Source: Oscillospiraceae bacterium
GTDB taxonomy: Bacteria; Bacillota; Clostridia; Oscillospirales; CAG-272
Length of the DNA stretch: 64,000 nucleotides
NCBI GenBank assembly: GCA_015065455.1
Contig: SVQI01000008.1
Location: forward strand, 716 to 64,715
Direction of reading: 5' to 3'
Part shown: piece by piece, positions 25,257-36,536 of the stretch
Position numbering within the stretch: position 1 is the first letter of the stretch
How the letters are laid out: each line of letters begins with the position of its first letter
Notes under the pieces: model-generated
Databases searched by the model: none
What the model saw: only the letters and a program-made list of their open reading frames with translations
Told to the model about the DNA's origin: nothing
Made by a program: the position numbers and the translations under genes

Positions 25257-25880
25257 ATGCCAAACGTAAAAGTTGTTAATATGGCTGGCAAGGAAGTTGG
25301 AGAAATTACACTCAGCGATGCAGTGTTCGGCGTAGAAGTAAACGCAACAGTCCTCCACTCTGCAGTCAGAGCATATCTTATGAATCAGAGACAGGGCACA
25401 CAGTCAACTCTTACTCGTACAGAGGTTTCCGGTGGCGGAAGAAAGCCTTGGCGTCAGAAGGGTACCGGTCGTGCAAGACAGGGTTCGACAAGATCTCCTC
25501 AGTGGACACACGGCGGTGTAGCTCTCGGTCCCAAGCCTCGCGAATACAGAGTAACCCTTAACAAGAAGACAAAGCGTCTTGCACTTAAGAGTGCGCTTTC
25601 CGATAAAGTTGCAAACGGCAACATGATTGTTGTTGACAACATTATTGCAGAAGAATACAAGACAAAGACCATGAAGAGCATGCTTGATGCTATCGGAGCT
25701 GCAAAGAAAACATTGGTAGTACTTCCCGAAGTTGATGCGAAGGCTATCAAGAGCTTTGCAAACATTCCCGGAGTTAAGACAGCTCAGTACAATACAATTA
25801 ACGTATACGATATACTGAACTGCGATACTTTTGTTGTAGCACAGGCTGCGGTTTCTAAAATGGAAGAGGTGTACGCATAA
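25257..25880 (+). CDS. rplD: 50S ribosomal protein L4
   Basis: GGGRKPWRQKGTGRARQGS motif. 207 aa. Confidence 0.97.
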   Translation: MPNVKVVNMAGKEVGEITLSDAVFGVEVNATVLHSAVRAYLMNQRQGTQSTLTRTEVSGGGRKPWRQKGTGRARQGSTRSPQWTHGGVALGPKPREYRVTLNKKTKRLALKSALSDKVANGNMIVVDNIIAEEYKTKTMKSMLDAIGAAKKTLVVLPEVDAKAIKSFANIPGVKTAQYNTINVYDILNCDTFVVAQAAVSKMEEVYA

Positions 25881-26173
25881 TGAAAACAGCACAGGATATT
25901 ATTGTCAGACCGATCATTACAGAAGACAGTATGGCGAGAATTGCTGATAAGACATACACCTTCGAAGTAATGAAGAGTGCAACCAAGCCCGAAATCGCAG
26001 ATGCGGTTGAAAAGCTTTTCAAAGTAAAGGTTGCAGATGTAAATACGATCAACATGAAGAAGAAGCCCAGAAGAGTAGGCGTTCATGCAGGATACAAGAA
26101 AGCTTGGAAGAAAGCAATCGTAACTCTTACTGCAGATTCGAACACTATCGAGTTCTTCGATGGCATGATCTAA
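25880..26173 (+). CDS. rplW: 50S ribosomal protein L23
   Basis: 97 aa, supported by operon position. Sequence IIVRPIITEDS... Confidence 0.95.
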   Translation: MKTAQDIIVRPIITEDSMARIADKTYTFEVMKSATKPEIADAVEKLFKVKVADVNTINMKKKPRRVGVHAGYKKAWKKAIVTLTADSNTIEFFDGMI

Positions 26174-26192
26174 TAGGAGGAGGTAGAAGAAA

Positions 26193-27023
26193 ATGGCAGC
26201 TATTAAATACAAACCTACTACTCCGTCGAGAAGACACATGTCAGCTCCTTCTTTCGACGAAGTAACAAAGTTTACCCCCGAAAAAAGCCTTCTTACAACT
26301 CTTAAGAAGCATTCAGGCCGTAACAGCTACGGTAGAATAACAGTTCGTCACAAGGGTGGCGGTAACAAGAGAAAATACAGACTTATCGACTTCAAGCGTG
26401 AGGCTATCGGTGCTGAAAAGGTTATCGGTATTGAATACGATCCTAACAGAACAGCATACATCGCGCTTCTCGAAAACGAAAACGGCGATAAGAAGTATAT
26501 GGTGGCTCCCGCAGGACTTACAGCAGGTGATACAGTTTACACTGGTCCCGAAGCTGATATCAAAGTGGGTAACACACTTCCTATAGAAAACATTCCGGTT
26601 GGTACATTCATTTACAACATTGAGTTGTATCCCGGTAAGGGCGGCCAGATGGTTCGTTCTGCAGGTGCTGCAGCACAGCTTATGGCTAAAGAAAACGGCA
26701 TGGCACAGGTTCGTTTGCCTTCAGGCGAAGTTCGTCTCGTTCGTCTTAACTGCAAAGCTACAATCGGACAGGTTGGTAACATTGAGCACGACACAGTTAA
26801 GATCGGTAAGGCAGGACGTAAACGCCACATGGGTATCCGTCCTACAGTACGCGGTTCAGTAATGAACCCTGTTGACCACCCTCACGGTGGTGGTGAAGGC
26901 CGTTCACCTATCGGTCATCCGTCTCCTGTTACACCTTGGGGCAAACCTGCTCTTGGTTATAAGACACGTAACAAGAAGGCAAAAACCGAAAAATTCATTT
27001 TGAAGCACAGAAACGGCAAATAA
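26193..27023 (+). CDS. rplB: 50S ribosomal protein L2
   Basis: [15 protein letters not shown] and [13 protein letters not shown] motifs. Confidence 0.97.
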   Translation: MAAIKYKPTTPSRRHMSAPSFDEVTKFTPEKSLLTTLKKHSGRNSYGRITVRHKGGGNKRKYRLIDFKREAIGAEKVIGIEYDPNRTAYIALLENENGDKKYMVAPAGLTAGDTVYTGPEADIKVGNTLPIENIPVGTFIYNIELYPGKGGQMVRSAGAAAQLMAKENGMAQVRLPSGEVRLVRLNCKATIGQVGNIEHDTVKIGKAGRKRHMGIRPTVRGSVMNPVDHPHGGGEGRSPIGHPSPVTPWGKPALGYKTRNKKAKTEKFILKHRNGK

Positions 27024-27040
27024 GAAGGAGGTACCGATAA

Positions 27041-27319
27041 ATGAGCAGAAGCTTGAAAAAAGGCCCGTTCGTCGAAGCAAAACTCTTCGCAAGAGTAGAA
27101 GCTATGAACGCAGCTAATGAAAAGAAAGTTATAAAGACATGGTCGAGAGCCTCCACAATATTCCCGGAATTTGTAGGCCACACCATTGCGGTTCACGACG
27201 GTAGAAAGCATATCCCGGTATACATTACCGAAGATATGGTAGGACATAAGCTCGGCGAATTCGCACCTACAAGATTGTTCAAGGGCCACTCCGGTTCCAA
27301 GACAACAAACTCGAGATAA
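27041..27319 (+). CDS. rpsS: 30S ribosomal protein S19
   Basis: [11 protein letters not shown]...[23 protein letters not shown]. Confidence 0.97.
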   Translation: MSRSLKKGPFVEAKLFARVEAMNAANEKKVIKTWSRASTIFPEFVGHTIAVHDGRKHIPVYITEDMVGHKLGEFAPTRLFKGHSGSKTTNSR

Positions 27320-27350
27320 GACGGGAAATGAAAGGGAGGAATCATCCGTA

Positions 27351-27707
27351 ATGGAAGCAAATGCACAGGTAAAAGAAGCAAGAGCGATTCTCAGATATGC
27401 CAGAATTTCACCGCGTAAAGTAAAGATTGTACTTGACTTGATCAGAAATCAGGACACGGAAAAGGCTCAGGCAATTCTTAAGAATATTCCTAATTCGGCA
27501 GCAGAGTATCTTCTCAAGCTGTTGAACAGCGCTATTGCAAATGCAGAAAACAACTTCAATATGGACGGCAAGAACCTTTACGTATCTGAATGCTACGTAT
27601 GTCCTGGTCCTACTCTTAAGAGAATGATGCCCAGAGCAAGAGGCTCGGCTGACAGAATATTGAAGAGAACAAGCCATATGACAATTGTCGTAAAAGAAAG
27701 AAACTAA
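27351..27707 (+). CDS. rplV: 50S ribosomal protein L22
   Basis: [18 protein letters not shown]. 118 aa. Confidence 0.96.
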   Translation: MEANAQVKEARAILRYARISPRKVKIVLDLIRNQDTEKAQAILKNIPNSAAEYLLKLLNSAIANAENNFNMDGKNLYVSECYVCPGPTLKRMMPRARGSADRILKRTSHMTIVVKERN

Positions 27708-27724
27708 GAAAGGAGCAAGCGAAA

Positions 27725-28486
27725 ATGGGTCAGAAGGTTAATCCCCACGGTTTGCGTGTGGGCGTAATTAAAAACTGGGATTCAAGATGGTTCGAAAAAG
27801 ACGAAAACTTTGGCGATACGCTTGTGTCCGACTATAAAGTAAGAAATTATCTTAAAAAGAGCTTGCAGGCAGCAGGTGTTCCCAAGATTGAAATCGAGCG
27901 CGACAGCGCAAGAGTAAGAGTATTCATTCACTGCGCTAAGCCCGGTATGATCATCGGACGCGGCGGTGCAGAAATTGAAAAGCTCCGTCTCACACTTGAA
28001 GGAATGCTCAACAAGCCTGTATCAGTAAATGTTGTTGAAGTTAAATATCCTGACTTGAATGCACAGCTCGTAGCTGAAAGCATTGCAGGACAGCTTGAAC
28101 GCAGAATTTCATTCCGCCGTGCTATGAAGCAGGCGATCGGTCGTACAATGAGACTTGGTGCAAAGGGTATCAAGGTAACATGCGGCGGACGTCTTGGCGG
28201 CGCAGAAATCGCAAGAAGCGAGCACTATCATGAAGGTACTATTCCGCTTCAGACACTTCGTGCTGATATCGAGTATGGTTTCTTTGAAGCTAATACAACA
28301 TACGGTAAGATCGGTGTTAAAGTATGGATTTACAAAGGCGAAGTACTTCACGACGGCAAGAACCGCTTTGCAGAAGCAAAGGTAGACGTTAAGCCTGATA
28401 AGCGTGACCGTCGCGACAACCGTCAGAGACGCGACAGAAACGACCGTGCTCCGAGAAGAGAACGCAGAGAAGGGGGCGCGAAGTAA
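27725..28486 (+). CDS. rpsC: 30S ribosomal protein S3, with an Arg/Asp-rich C-terminal tail
   Basis: [15 protein letters not shown] domain [10 protein letters not shown]. 253 aa. Confidence 0.97.
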   Translation: MGQKVNPHGLRVGVIKNWDSRWFEKDENFGDTLVSDYKVRNYLKKSLQAAGVPKIEIERDSARVRVFIHCAKPGMIIGRGGAEIEKLRLTLEGMLNKPVSVNVVEVKYPDLNAQLVAESIAGQLERRISFRRAMKQAIGRTMRLGAKGIKVTCGGRLGGAEIARSEHYHEGTIPLQTLRADIEYGFFEANTTYGKIGVKVWIYKGEVLHDGKNRFAEAKVDVKPDKRDRRDNRQRRDRNDRAPRRERREGGAK

Positions 28487-28489
28487 GCT

Positions 28490-28924
28490 ATGTTAATGCC
28501 TAAGAGAGTAAAATTCAGACGCGTACAGCGCGGAAGACTTAAAGGTAAAGCAACTCGCGGCAATACAATCACATACGGTTCATACGGCCTTGTAGCTACT
28601 GAACCCGCTTGGATCACAAGCAACCAGATTGAAGCAGCCCGTATTGCTATGACACGTTACGTAAAGCGTGGCGGTAAAGTTTGGATTAAGATTTTCCCGG
28701 ACAAGCCGATAACAGAAAAACCCGCTGAAACTCGAATGGGTTCCGGTAAAGGTTCACCTGAGTACTGGGTAGCTGTTGTTAAGCCCGGAAGAGTAATGTT
28801 TGAAATGGCCGGCGTTGAAGTTGAAGCTGCAAGAGAAGCTATGCGTCTTGCATCTCATAAACTTCCCATTAAGTGCAAGTTTGTAGTTAAGGAAACCGCC
28901 GCAACAGAAGACGAGGAGGTATAA
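28490..28924 (+). CDS. rplP: 50S ribosomal protein L16
   Basis: [15 protein letters not shown]. Confidence 0.97.
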   Translation: MLMPKRVKFRRVQRGRLKGKATRGNTITYGSYGLVATEPAWITSNQIEAARIAMTRYVKRGGKVWIKIFPDKPITEKPAETRMGSGKGSPEYWVAVVKPGRVMFEMAGVEVEAAREAMRLASHKLPIKCKFVVKETAATEDEEV

Positions 28925-28927
28925 GCC

Positions 28928-29116
28928 GTGAAGATTAAAGAAATCAGAGAGATGACTTCAGAAGAGCTTAACGCAAAGCTCGCTGAACTCAAAGGCGAAT
29001 TGTTTAACCTCCGCTTCCAGCATTCGATAAACCAGCTTGACAATCCTCACAGAATCGCAGACGTTAAGAAGGATATCGCACGCGTAATGACAATTCTTCG
29101 TGAGAAGAATGCATAA
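28928..29116 (+). CDS. rpmC: 50S ribosomal protein L29
   Basis: GTG start. EIREMTSEELNAKLAELKGELFNLRFQ. Confidence 0.95.
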   Translation: MKIKEIREMTSEELNAKLAELKGELFNLRFQHSINQLDNPHRIADVKKDIARVMTILREKNA

Positions 29117-29137
29117 TTGCAGGAAGGAGAAACAGTC

Positions 29138-29401
29138 ATGAGTGAAGCAGTTCGTAATCTTAGAAAAGTCCGTGTTGGTAAGGTAATTTCCAATAAGATG
29201 GAAAAGACAATCGTTGTTGCTATTGAAGACAACGTAAAGCACCCCAAGTACGGCAAAGTTATTAAAAACACAATCAAACTTCATGCACACGACGAAAAGA
29301 ACGAGTGCAATGTTGGCGATAAAGTAAGCATAATGGAAACAAGACCTCTCTCAAAGACAAAGAGATGGAGACTTGTTGAAATAATCGAAAAGGCGAAGTA
29401 A
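29138..29401 (+). CDS. rpsQ: 30S ribosomal protein S17
   Basis: [30 protein letters not shown] before the ATG at 29138. Confidence 0.95.
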   Translation: MSEAVRNLRKVRVGKVISNKMEKTIVVAIEDNVKHPKYGKVIKNTIKLHAHDEKNECNVGDKVSIMETRPLSKTKRWRLVEIIEKAK

Positions 29402-29445
29402 TAAAGTAGATACGGCACTAAGCGTATCGAAAAGGAGGAAACGCA

Positions 29446-29814
29446 GTGATACAACAGCAATCATATATGAAAGTGGCGGACAACACCGGCGCTAAAGAAC
29501 TTATGTGTATTCGCGTGCTCGGCGGAACAGGCAGACGTTATGCTAACATCGGCGATGTTGTGGTTTGTTCAGTCAAAAAAGCTGCTCCCGGCGGCCAGGT
29601 TAAGAAGGGCGACGTCGTAAAGGCGGTAGTCGTAAGAACAGTTAAGGGCATTAGACGTAACGACGGTTCATATATTAAGTTCGGCGAAAACGCTGCTGTT
29701 ATAATTAAAGAAGATAAGAACCCGAGAGGAACACGTATTTTTGGTCCTGTAGCGAGAGAACTTCGTGAAAAGGATTACTTGAAAATATTGTCCCTTGCAC
29801 CGGAAGTACTTTAA
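29446..29814 (+). CDS. rplN: 50S ribosomal protein L14
   Basis: GTG start. [18 protein letters not shown]. Confidence 0.97.
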   Translation: MIQQQSYMKVADNTGAKELMCIRVLGGTGRRYANIGDVVVCSVKKAAPGGQVKKGDVVKAVVVRTVKGIRRNDGSYIKFGENAAVIIKEDKNPRGTRIFGPVARELREKDYLKILSLAPEVL

Positions 29815-29826
29815 GGAGGTATTATC

Positions 29827-30144
29827 ATGAATAAGAAGGTTCACGTAAGAAAAGATGATACTGTAGTTGTTATTTCCGGAGACGATAAAGGCACACAGGG
29901 TAAGGTAGTCGAAGTTTCTCCCAAAGAGGGCAAGGTTATCGTAAGCGGTGCTAATATCGTAAGTAAGCATGTTAAACCCAGAAGACAGGGCGAAGCAGGC
30001 GGTATCATCAAGGTTGAAGGCGCTATGTATGCAGATAAGGTGCAGATCGTATGCCCCAAGTGCAAAAAAGGCGTTAGAATTAAACACGAAATTAAAGACG
30101 GCAAAAAGATCCGCGTTTGTGCAAAATGCGGTCAAGAGCTGTAA
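29827..30144 (+). CDS. rplX: 50S ribosomal protein L24 (four-Cys C-terminal variant)
   Basis: KOW motif VRKDDTVVVISGDDKG. C-terminal CPKC...CAKC. Confidence 0.95.
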   Translation: MNKKVHVRKDDTVVVISGDDKGTQGKVVEVSPKEGKVIVSGANIVSKHVKPRRQGEAGGIIKVEGAMYADKVQIVCPKCKKGVRIKHEIKDGKKIRVCAKCGQEL

Positions 30145-30165
30145 GGAAAGCGGAGGTAGAATAAA

Positions 30166-30705
30166 ATGGCAAGACTTAGAGATTTATACAAATCAGAAGT
30201 AGCCCCCGCTCTTATGAAGAAATTCAATTACAAGAGTGTTATGCAGATTCCCCGTTTTGACAAGATCGTTATCAACGTTGGAACAGGCGACGCTAAGGAT
30301 AACTCAAAGGTAATTGAAAACGTTATCGAAGAAGTAACAATGATATCCGGCCAGAAGGCAGTTCCCACATACGCTAAGAAGTCAGTTGCAAACTTCAAGC
30401 TCAGACAGGGCATGAAGATCGGCGTTAAGGTAACACTCAGAGGCGAAAAGATGTACGAATTTATGGATCGTCTTTTCAACTTCTCACTTCCCCGCGTTCG
30501 TGACTTCAAGGGTATCAACCCCAACGCTTTCGACGGCAGAGGTAACTACTCTCTCGGTTTGAAAGAACAGTTGATCTTCCCTGAAATCGAATACGATAAG
30601 ATCGACAAGATTCGCGGTATGGATATCGCATTTGTAACGACTGCTCAGACAGATGAAGAAGCAAGAGAGCTTCTCACATTGATGGGCGCACCGTTCGCAA
30701 AATAA
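30166..30705 (+). CDS. rplE: 50S ribosomal protein L5
   Basis: 179 aa. [24 protein letters not shown]. Confidence 0.97.
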   Translation: MARLRDLYKSEVAPALMKKFNYKSVMQIPRFDKIVINVGTGDAKDNSKVIENVIEEVTMISGQKAVPTYAKKSVANFKLRQGMKIGVKVTLRGEKMYEFMDRLFNFSLPRVRDFKGINPNAFDGRGNYSLGLKEQLIFPEIEYDKIDKIRGMDIAFVTTAQTDEEARELLTLMGAPFAK

Positions 30706-30720
30706 AAGGAGGAAAAAATC

Positions 30721-30906
30721 GTGGCAAAGAAGGCAATGGTTTTAAAACAGCAGAAAACACAGAAGTATTCCACACGTGAATACAACAGATGTAAGATCTG
30801 CGGACGTCCTCACGCTTACCTCCGCAAGTACGGTATCTGCCGTATTTGTTTCCGCGAGCTGGCTTATAAGGGCGAAATTCCCGGCGTGCGCAAGGCAAGC
30901 TGGTAA
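30721..30906 (+). CDS. rpsZ: 30S ribosomal protein S14 type Z (zinc-binding)
   Basis: 61 aa with CKICGRP...CRICFRE. GTG start. Confidence 0.95.
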   Translation: MAKKAMVLKQQKTQKYSTREYNRCKICGRPHAYLRKYGICRICFRELAYKGEIPGVRKASW

Positions 30907-31038
30907 TCAAAAATAAAAGCTAAAAAGCTTCCAAACCTGCCGGTAGGAAAGTAATAAACTTTAACCCCCGGTATGCAGCCCGAAAAAATATAAAACGGGC
31001 GGCAAGAAATTATACTTGCATAATGGAGGAAAATTAAA

Positions 31039-31434
31039 ATGCAAATGTCAGACGTTATTGCTGATATGCTCACACGTATCAGAAACGCAAACAGCGCAAA
31101 GCACGAAACTGTTGATGTTCCTGCATCTAACCTCAAGAAGGCTATTGCAGACATTCTCGTTGCAGAAGGCTTCATCAAGGGTTATGAAATCGTTGAAGAT
31201 TGCAAGCAGGGTATCATCAGAATCACACTTAAGTACAAGAATAAGCAGAGAGTTATTCAGGGTCTTAAGAGAGTATCTAAGCCCGGTCTCAGAGTTTATT
31301 CAAACTGTGAAGATATGCCGAAAGTTATGAACGGCCTCGGCATCGCTATCGTATCCACACCCAAAGGCATTATGACCGACAAACAGGCTCGTAAAGAGAA
31401 TGTTGGCGGCGAAGTTCTTGCTTTTGTTTGGTAA
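31039..31434 (+). CDS. rpsH: 30S ribosomal protein S8
   Basis: [14 protein letters not shown]. Confidence 0.97.
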   Translation: MQMSDVIADMLTRIRNANSAKHETVDVPASNLKKAIADILVAEGFIKGYEIVEDCKQGIIRITLKYKNKQRVIQGLKRVSKPGLRVYSNCEDMPKVMNGLGIAIVSTPKGIMTDKQARKENVGGEVLAFVW

Positions 31435-31451
31435 TTGGGGAGGTAAGAAAG

Positions 31452-31991
31452 ATGTCAAGAATAGGAAGAAAGCCGATTGAAGTTCCTGCAGGCGTAGACG
31501 TAAAGATCGAAGCAGGCAACGTAGTAACTGTAAAAGGTTCATTGGGAACAATGACACAGACTCTTCACAAAGATATGATTATCAAGAAGGAAGGCAACGA
31601 GCTTATCGTTGAACGTCCTTCAGAAATGAAAGAACACAAATCACTTCATGGCTTGACAAGAACATTGTTGAGCAATATGGTAGAAGGTGTAACAAAGGGC
31701 TTCAGCAAGACTCTCGATATCAACGGTGTTGGTTACAGAGCTACTAAAGCAGGTAAGACACTTACACTTAACCTTGGTTACTCTCACCCCGTAGTATTTG
31801 AAGAAGCAGACGGAATTACACTTGAAGTTCCGAACGCTAACCAGGTAATCGTTAAGGGTATTGACAAGCAGAAGGTTGGTCAGGTTGCAGCTGAAATCAG
31901 AAGCAAGAGACCTCCGGAACCCTATCTTGGTAAGGGTGTTAAGTACTCTGACGAAAGAATTCGCCGTAAAGCCGGTAAGGCCGGTAAATAA
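31452..31991 (+). CDS. rplF: 50S ribosomal protein L6
   Basis: [15 protein letters not shown]. The start was trimmed from the ORF-track start at 31428. Confidence 0.96.
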   Translation: MSRIGRKPIEVPAGVDVKIEAGNVVTVKGSLGTMTQTLHKDMIIKKEGNELIVERPSEMKEHKSLHGLTRTLLSNMVEGVTKGFSKTLDINGVGYRATKAGKTLTLNLGYSHPVVFEEADGITLEVPNANQVIVKGIDKQKVGQVAAEIRSKRPPEPYLGKGVKYSDERIRRKAGKAGK

Positions 31992-32009
31992 GGAAGGGAG
32001 TGGAACAGA

Positions 32010-32369
32010 ATGGTATCAAGAAAAGACAGCAAAGCTCAGCGTCTTAAGAGACATAAGAGAATCAGAGCAAAAATATCAGGTACTACTGAAAGACCTCGCC
32101 TTTGTGTATATCGTTCACTTCAGAACATTCAGGTTCAGGTTATCGACGACGTAAAAGGCGTAACATTGGTTTCCGCATCCACTATGGAAAAGGCATTTGC
32201 AGGATACGGCGGTAACAAGGAAGCCGCAAAGCAGATCGGTAAGACAATTGCTGAAAGAGCACTTGAAAAGGGCATTACAGAAGTTGTATTCGACCGTGGC
32301 GGTAACCTTTATCACGGACGTGTAAAAGAACTCGCAGAAGCAGCTCGCGAGGGCGGACTTAAGTTCTAA
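32010..32369 (+). CDS. rplR: 50S ribosomal protein L18
   Basis: [25 protein letters not shown]. Confidence 0.97.
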   Translation: MVSRKDSKAQRLKRHKRIRAKISGTTERPRLCVYRSLQNIQVQVIDDVKGVTLVSASTMEKAFAGYGGNKEAAKQIGKTIAERALEKGITEVVFDRGGNLYHGRVKELAEAAREGGLKF

Positions 32370-32390
32370 GGAAACAGGAGGAAAAGATTA

Positions 32391-32894
32391 ATGAATCAGA
32401 GAATAGATGCTTCGACACTCGACCTTCAGGAAAAACTCGTAGCTCTCAACCGTGTTTCCAAGACAGTTAAGGGCGGCCGTATTGCAAGATTTACTGCAGT
32501 TATGGTAGTAGGCGACGGACAGGGCCACGTAGGCTACGGTCTCGGTAAGGCAGCAGAAGTTCCGGACGCTATCCGTAAGGGTATCGAAGATGCAAAGAAA
32601 AATATGATTACAGTATCTCTCAAGGGTGATACAATTCCTCATGAGGTAATCGGTGTATTTGGTGCAGGAAAGGTTCTCCTTAAGCCTGCCGCAGAAGGTA
32701 CCGGTATTATCGCAGGAGGTACATGCCGTGCCGTTGTTGAAATGGCTGGTATTAAGAACATTCGTGCAAAGTGCCTTCGTTCAAACAATCCTACAAACGT
32801 TGTTAAGGCAACATTTGAAGGACTCAAGGCTCTTCGTACAGTAGAAGAAATTGCAGCTCTCCGCGATGTAAGCGTAGAAGCTATCAAGGACTAA
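32391..32894 (+). CDS. rpsE: 30S ribosomal protein S5
   Basis: [21 protein letters not shown]. Confidence 0.97.
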   Translation: MNQRIDASTLDLQEKLVALNRVSKTVKGGRIARFTAVMVVGDGQGHVGYGLGKAAEVPDAIRKGIEDAKKNMITVSLKGDTIPHEVIGVFGAGKVLLKPAAEGTGIIAGGTCRAVVEMAGIKNIRAKCLRSNNPTNVVKATFEGLKALRTVEEIAALRDVSVEAIKD

Positions 32895-32906
32895 GGAGGC
32901 AGAATT

Positions 32907-33092
32907 ATGGCAAACGTAAAAGTAACGCTTGTAAAGAGCCTCATCGGTGCAAAGCCGAATCAGAAGACAACAGCAAAGTCTCTCGGACTTGCTAAAATAG
33001 GTGATTTTATCGTACACGCTGAAGGCGATGTATTGAACGGTAAGATCAAGGTTATTTCCCACCTTGTCAAGGTGGAAAAGATTGAAGGATAA
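32907..33092 (+). CDS. rpmD: 50S ribosomal protein L30
   Basis: 61 aa. VTLVKSLIGAKPNQKTTAKSLGL. Confidence 0.95.
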   Translation: MANVKVTLVKSLIGAKPNQKTTAKSLGLAKIGDFIVHAEGDVLNGKIKVISHLVKVEKIEG

Positions 33093-33104
33093 GGAGGAAA
33101 TACC

Positions 33105-33545
33105 ATGAAACTTCATGAACTTTCACCGGCAGAAGGCTCAGTAAAGAGCGCATACCGTAAAGGTCGTGGTGCTGGTTCCGGAAACGGAAAGACAGCAGGT
33201 AAGGGTCACAAGGGTCAGAACGCTCGTTCAGGCGGCGGTGTACGTCCCGGATTTGAAGGCGGCCAGATCCCGCTTTACAGACGTTTACCTAAGAGAGGAT
33301 TTAAGAACAGATTTGCTAAAGAATATACAATCGTTAACGTATGTGATCTTGAAAGATTTAACAATGGCGACGTAGTAGATTTGGCAGCACTCGTTGAATG
33401 CGGCTTGGTTCGCAAGGAACTTGACGGTCTTAAGATTCTCGGAAACGGCGAACTCACAAAGAACTTGACTGTAAAAGCTAAAATCTTCTCTGCTGCTGCA
33501 AAAGAGAAAATCGAAGCAGTAGGCGGAAAGACTGAGGTGGTATAA
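33105..33545 (+). CDS. rplO: 50S ribosomal protein L15
   Basis: [31 protein letters not shown]. Confidence 0.97.
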   Translation: MKLHELSPAEGSVKSAYRKGRGAGSGNGKTAGKGHKGQNARSGGGVRPGFEGGQIPLYRRLPKRGFKNRFAKEYTIVNVCDLERFNNGDVVDLAALVECGLVRKELDGLKILGNGELTKNLTVKAKIFSAAAKEKIEAVGGKTEVV

Positions 33546-34843
33546 TGCTTCAGACAATAAAGAACGCGTGGAAAATACCCGAACTTCGCGCTAAGATACT
33601 GTTTACACTGATGATAGTGATACTGTACCGTGTGGGTGCCGTTGTACCGGTTCCTTACGTAAGCTCGGAAGTACTCGACGGCATTATGAATTCCGCATCG
33701 GGCTCACTTTTTCAGTATATAAACGTTCTTTCAGGTGATGCATTTTCACAGGCGACACTGTTTGCACTTTCAGTTTCGCCGTATATCACGTCACAGATTA
33801 TTATGCAGCTTCTTACTATTGCAATTCCCGCTCTCGAAAGACTTTCGAAGGACGGCGAAGAAGGTAAGAAGAAGATCAATCAGATTAGCCGTTACGTAAC
33901 TATCGGTATTGCTGTTGTTACAGCATACGGTTACTATATGTATATGAAGATGAATGGCGTTATTCAGGCTGAAGGCGCATTCGCAGGTATTGTAATCGTT
34001 GCTTGTTATGTAGCAGGTTCTGCGTTGATAATGTGGTTGGCTGAGATGATAAACGAAAAGGGTATCGGAAACGGCGTATCCATAATACTTTTTGCAAATA
34101 TTCTTTCCGGTCTTCCCGGATTTTTGAGCGGATTGGTTCAACAGTTGTTCCAGGGCGGTTGGAAAGGTATTGTTTACACCATTACAGTAATCGTGATTGG
34201 TCTTGGTATGCTCGTATTCATCATATTTATGAGTGAAAGCGAACGCAGACTTCCCATTCAGTATGCTAAAAAGGTAGTAGGCAGAAAGATGTACGGTGGA
34301 CAGAGTACAAACCTTCCCATTAAGGTTAATATGTCAGGTGTAATGCCTATCATATTTGCAAACTCTATCCTCGGACTTCCCACAACTATTGCTGCATTGA
34401 TTAAAACCCCGAAAGAAGGAACATTCTGGTTTAAATTCCTGAATTTCTTCTCATATACATCATGGGTTTACGTGGTAATATTTGTAATTCTTATTATTGC
34501 ATTCGCATATTTCTACATTGCAATTTCTTTTAACCCTGTAGAAGTATCAAACAACCTCAAGCGACAGGGTGGCTTTATTCCCGGTATTCGTCCCGGAAAG
34601 CCTACGTCTGATTACATTACAAAGGTTCTCAACAAGATTATCCTTATCGGTGCTCTTATGTTGTGTGTTGTTGCAGCTCTTCCGCTTGTAATAAACATAA
34701 TCACATCGAAATTCGGATACAGTCTTGGAAGCCTTGCATTCGGTGGTTCTTCAATAATCATCGTTGTAGGTGTTGTAATTGAGCTTGTTCGTGCTATTGA
34801 AGCTGAAATGACTATGCGTCATTACAAAGGCTTCTTGGAATAA
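33545..34843 (+). CDS. secY: preprotein translocase subunit SecY
   Basis: 432 aa with 10 TM segments, at the conserved spc-operon position. Confidence 0.97.
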   Translation: MLQTIKNAWKIPELRAKILFTLMIVILYRVGAVVPVPYVSSEVLDGIMNSASGSLFQYINVLSGDAFSQATLFALSVSPYITSQIIMQLLTIAIPALERLSKDGEEGKKKINQISRYVTIGIAVVTAYGYYMYMKMNGVIQAEGAFAGIVIVACYVAGSALIMWLAEMINEKGIGNGVSIILFANILSGLPGFLSGLVQQLFQGGWKGIVYTITVIVIGLGMLVFIIFMSESERRLPIQYAKKVVGRKMYGGQSTNLPIKVNMSGVMPIIFANSILGLPTTIAALIKTPKEGTFWFKFLNFFSYTSWVYVVIFVILIIAFAYFYIAISFNPVEVSNNLKRQGGFIPGIRPGKPTSDYITKVLNKIILIGALMLCVVAALPLVINIITSKFGYSLGSLAFGGSSIIIVVGVVIELVRAIEAEMTMRHYKGFLE

Positions 34844-34853
34844 AGGAGACAAT

Positions 34854-35486
34854 ATGAAGATAATATTTCTTGGAGCTCCCGGAGCTGGAAAAGGAACACA
34901 GGCAGAAAAGGTTGCACAGTTGTGTTCTATTCCTACGATTTCGACAGGAGCGATCATTCGCGAAGCGATAAAGAACGGAACGGAAATGGGCAAGGCTGCA
35001 ACAGCTTATACCGAAAAGGGTGCTCTCGTTCCCGATGAAGTGGTAATCGGAATTATAAAAGAACGTCTTGCAAACGATGACTGCAAGAACGGCTTTATAC
35101 TTGACGGTTTCCCCCGCACAGTTCCTCAGGCAGAAGCGCTTGACGAACTCGGCGTGAAAATAGATTACGTTGTTGACATTGATGTTGACGACGCTGACAT
35201 TGTTGAACGTATGAGTGGACGTAGAGTTTGCGAAGCGTGCGGAATGTCATATCATATTAAGTATATTCCCACAAAGGATAATAAGACTTGCGACAAATGC
35301 GGAGCAAATCTTATAATCCGTAAGGATGACCAGCCCGAGACAGTTCTTGAAAGACTCAAGGTTTACCATGACCAGACAGAGCCCCTCAAGGCATACTATG
35401 CGGCAAAGGGAATTCTTAAGTCCGTTGATGGACGCGGAGATATAACACAGATAACGGAATTGATTATGAAGTCAATTCAGGCCTGA
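34854..35486 (+). CDS. adk: adenylate kinase (zinc-lid type)
   Basis: [11 protein letters not shown]-loop. The lid has CEACG...CDKCG. Confidence 0.97.
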   Translation: MKIIFLGAPGAGKGTQAEKVAQLCSIPTISTGAIIREAIKNGTEMGKAATAYTEKGALVPDEVVIGIIKERLANDDCKNGFILDGFPRTVPQAEALDELGVKIDYVVDIDVDDADIVERMSGRRVCEACGMSYHIKYIPTKDNKTCDKCGANLIIRKDDQPETVLERLKVYHDQTEPLKAYYAAKGILKSVDGRGDITQITELIMKSIQA

Positions 35487-35497
35487 AGCGAATATCT

Positions 35498-36250
35498 ATG
35501 ATACAAATAAAAAACGCAGCTCAAATTGCGATTATGAAAGAGGCCGGCAGAATCACAGGTGAGGCGCTCTGCCTTGCCGGTGAAGCTGTAAAGGCAGGTA
35601 TCAGTACGAAGCATCTTGACGATATAATTTACAATCATATTGTGAAGTCTGGAGCGAAACCGAGTTTCTTAGGATACGGCGGTTTCCCCGGAAGTGCTTG
35701 TATATCAATAAACGATGAGGTTATACACGGTATCCCCTCAAAGAAAAGGATATTGCAAGACGGAGATATAGTTAAGATCGACGTAGGAGCTTTTTATAAA
35801 GGGTTCCATGGAGATTCTGCCAACACTTTTGCCGTTGGAAATATTTCCGACGAGGCAAAGAGACTTATTGAAGCAACCAAGACGTCTTTTGAAAAAGCTA
35901 TCGAGGTCGCGATGCCGGGAAACCGAATTGGCGATATCGGCAATGCAGTTGAGTCTTACGTAAAGGAATGCGGTTACAGCGTGGTAAGACAGTTTGTCGG
36001 ACACGGAATCGGAAAGGAATTGCACGAGGATCCAAGCGTTCCGAATTACGGAACAAAGGGACACGGAGTCAAGCTCTATAAGGGAATGGCTATTGCAATC
36101 GAACCGATGGTAAATATGGGAACTGCTGAGGTTTACGTATTACCTGACGGTTGGACGGTAAAGACCAAGGACGGTAAATTATCCGCTCATTATGAACATA
36201 CGAACATTTTGACGGATGACGGCGTTATATGTACAACACGAGTAAACTGA
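35498..36250 (+). CDS. map: type I methionine aminopeptidase
   Basis: 250 aa. Metal-ligand context DIVKIDVGA, HGIG and EPM. Confidence 0.95.
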   Translation: MIQIKNAAQIAIMKEAGRITGEALCLAGEAVKAGISTKHLDDIIYNHIVKSGAKPSFLGYGGFPGSACISINDEVIHGIPSKKRILQDGDIVKIDVGAFYKGFHGDSANTFAVGNISDEAKRLIEATKTSFEKAIEVAMPGNRIGDIGNAVESYVKECGYSVVRQFVGHGIGKELHEDPSVPNYGTKGHGVKLYKGMAIAIEPMVNMGTAEVYVLPDGWTVKTKDGKLSAHYEHTNILTDDGVICTTRVN

Positions 36251-36251
36251 T

Positions 36252-36521
36252 ATGAGTTTACAAGGAAGTATCGCAGTTTCACTTGCCGGACGCGATAAGG
36301 ACAGAACGTTCATTATAGTCGGTGTGCTTGATGAAAGAAACGTGCTTATAGCAGACGGTAGGCTGAGAAAAGTTGAGAAGCCTAAGAAAAAGAAGCTGAA
36401 ACATCTTAGGATTGAAGGAAAGCTTGAGGGCGAGTCGATAGAATTGCTCAAAGAAAACAAACTTACCAACAGAACCGCGGCAAAGATAACAGCTTCGTAT
36501 CATAAATGTCCTGAAAATTAA
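36252..36521 (+). CDS. KOW domain-containing RNA-binding protein
   Basis: 89 aa, GRDKDRTFIIVG. It sits between map and infA, as in many Clostridia. Confidence 0.75.
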   Translation: MSLQGSIAVSLAGRDKDRTFIIVGVLDERNVLIADGRLRKVEKPKKKKLKHLRIEGKLEGESIELLKENKLTNRTAAKITASYHKCPEN

Positions 36522-36536
36522 GAAGGAGTGATTATT

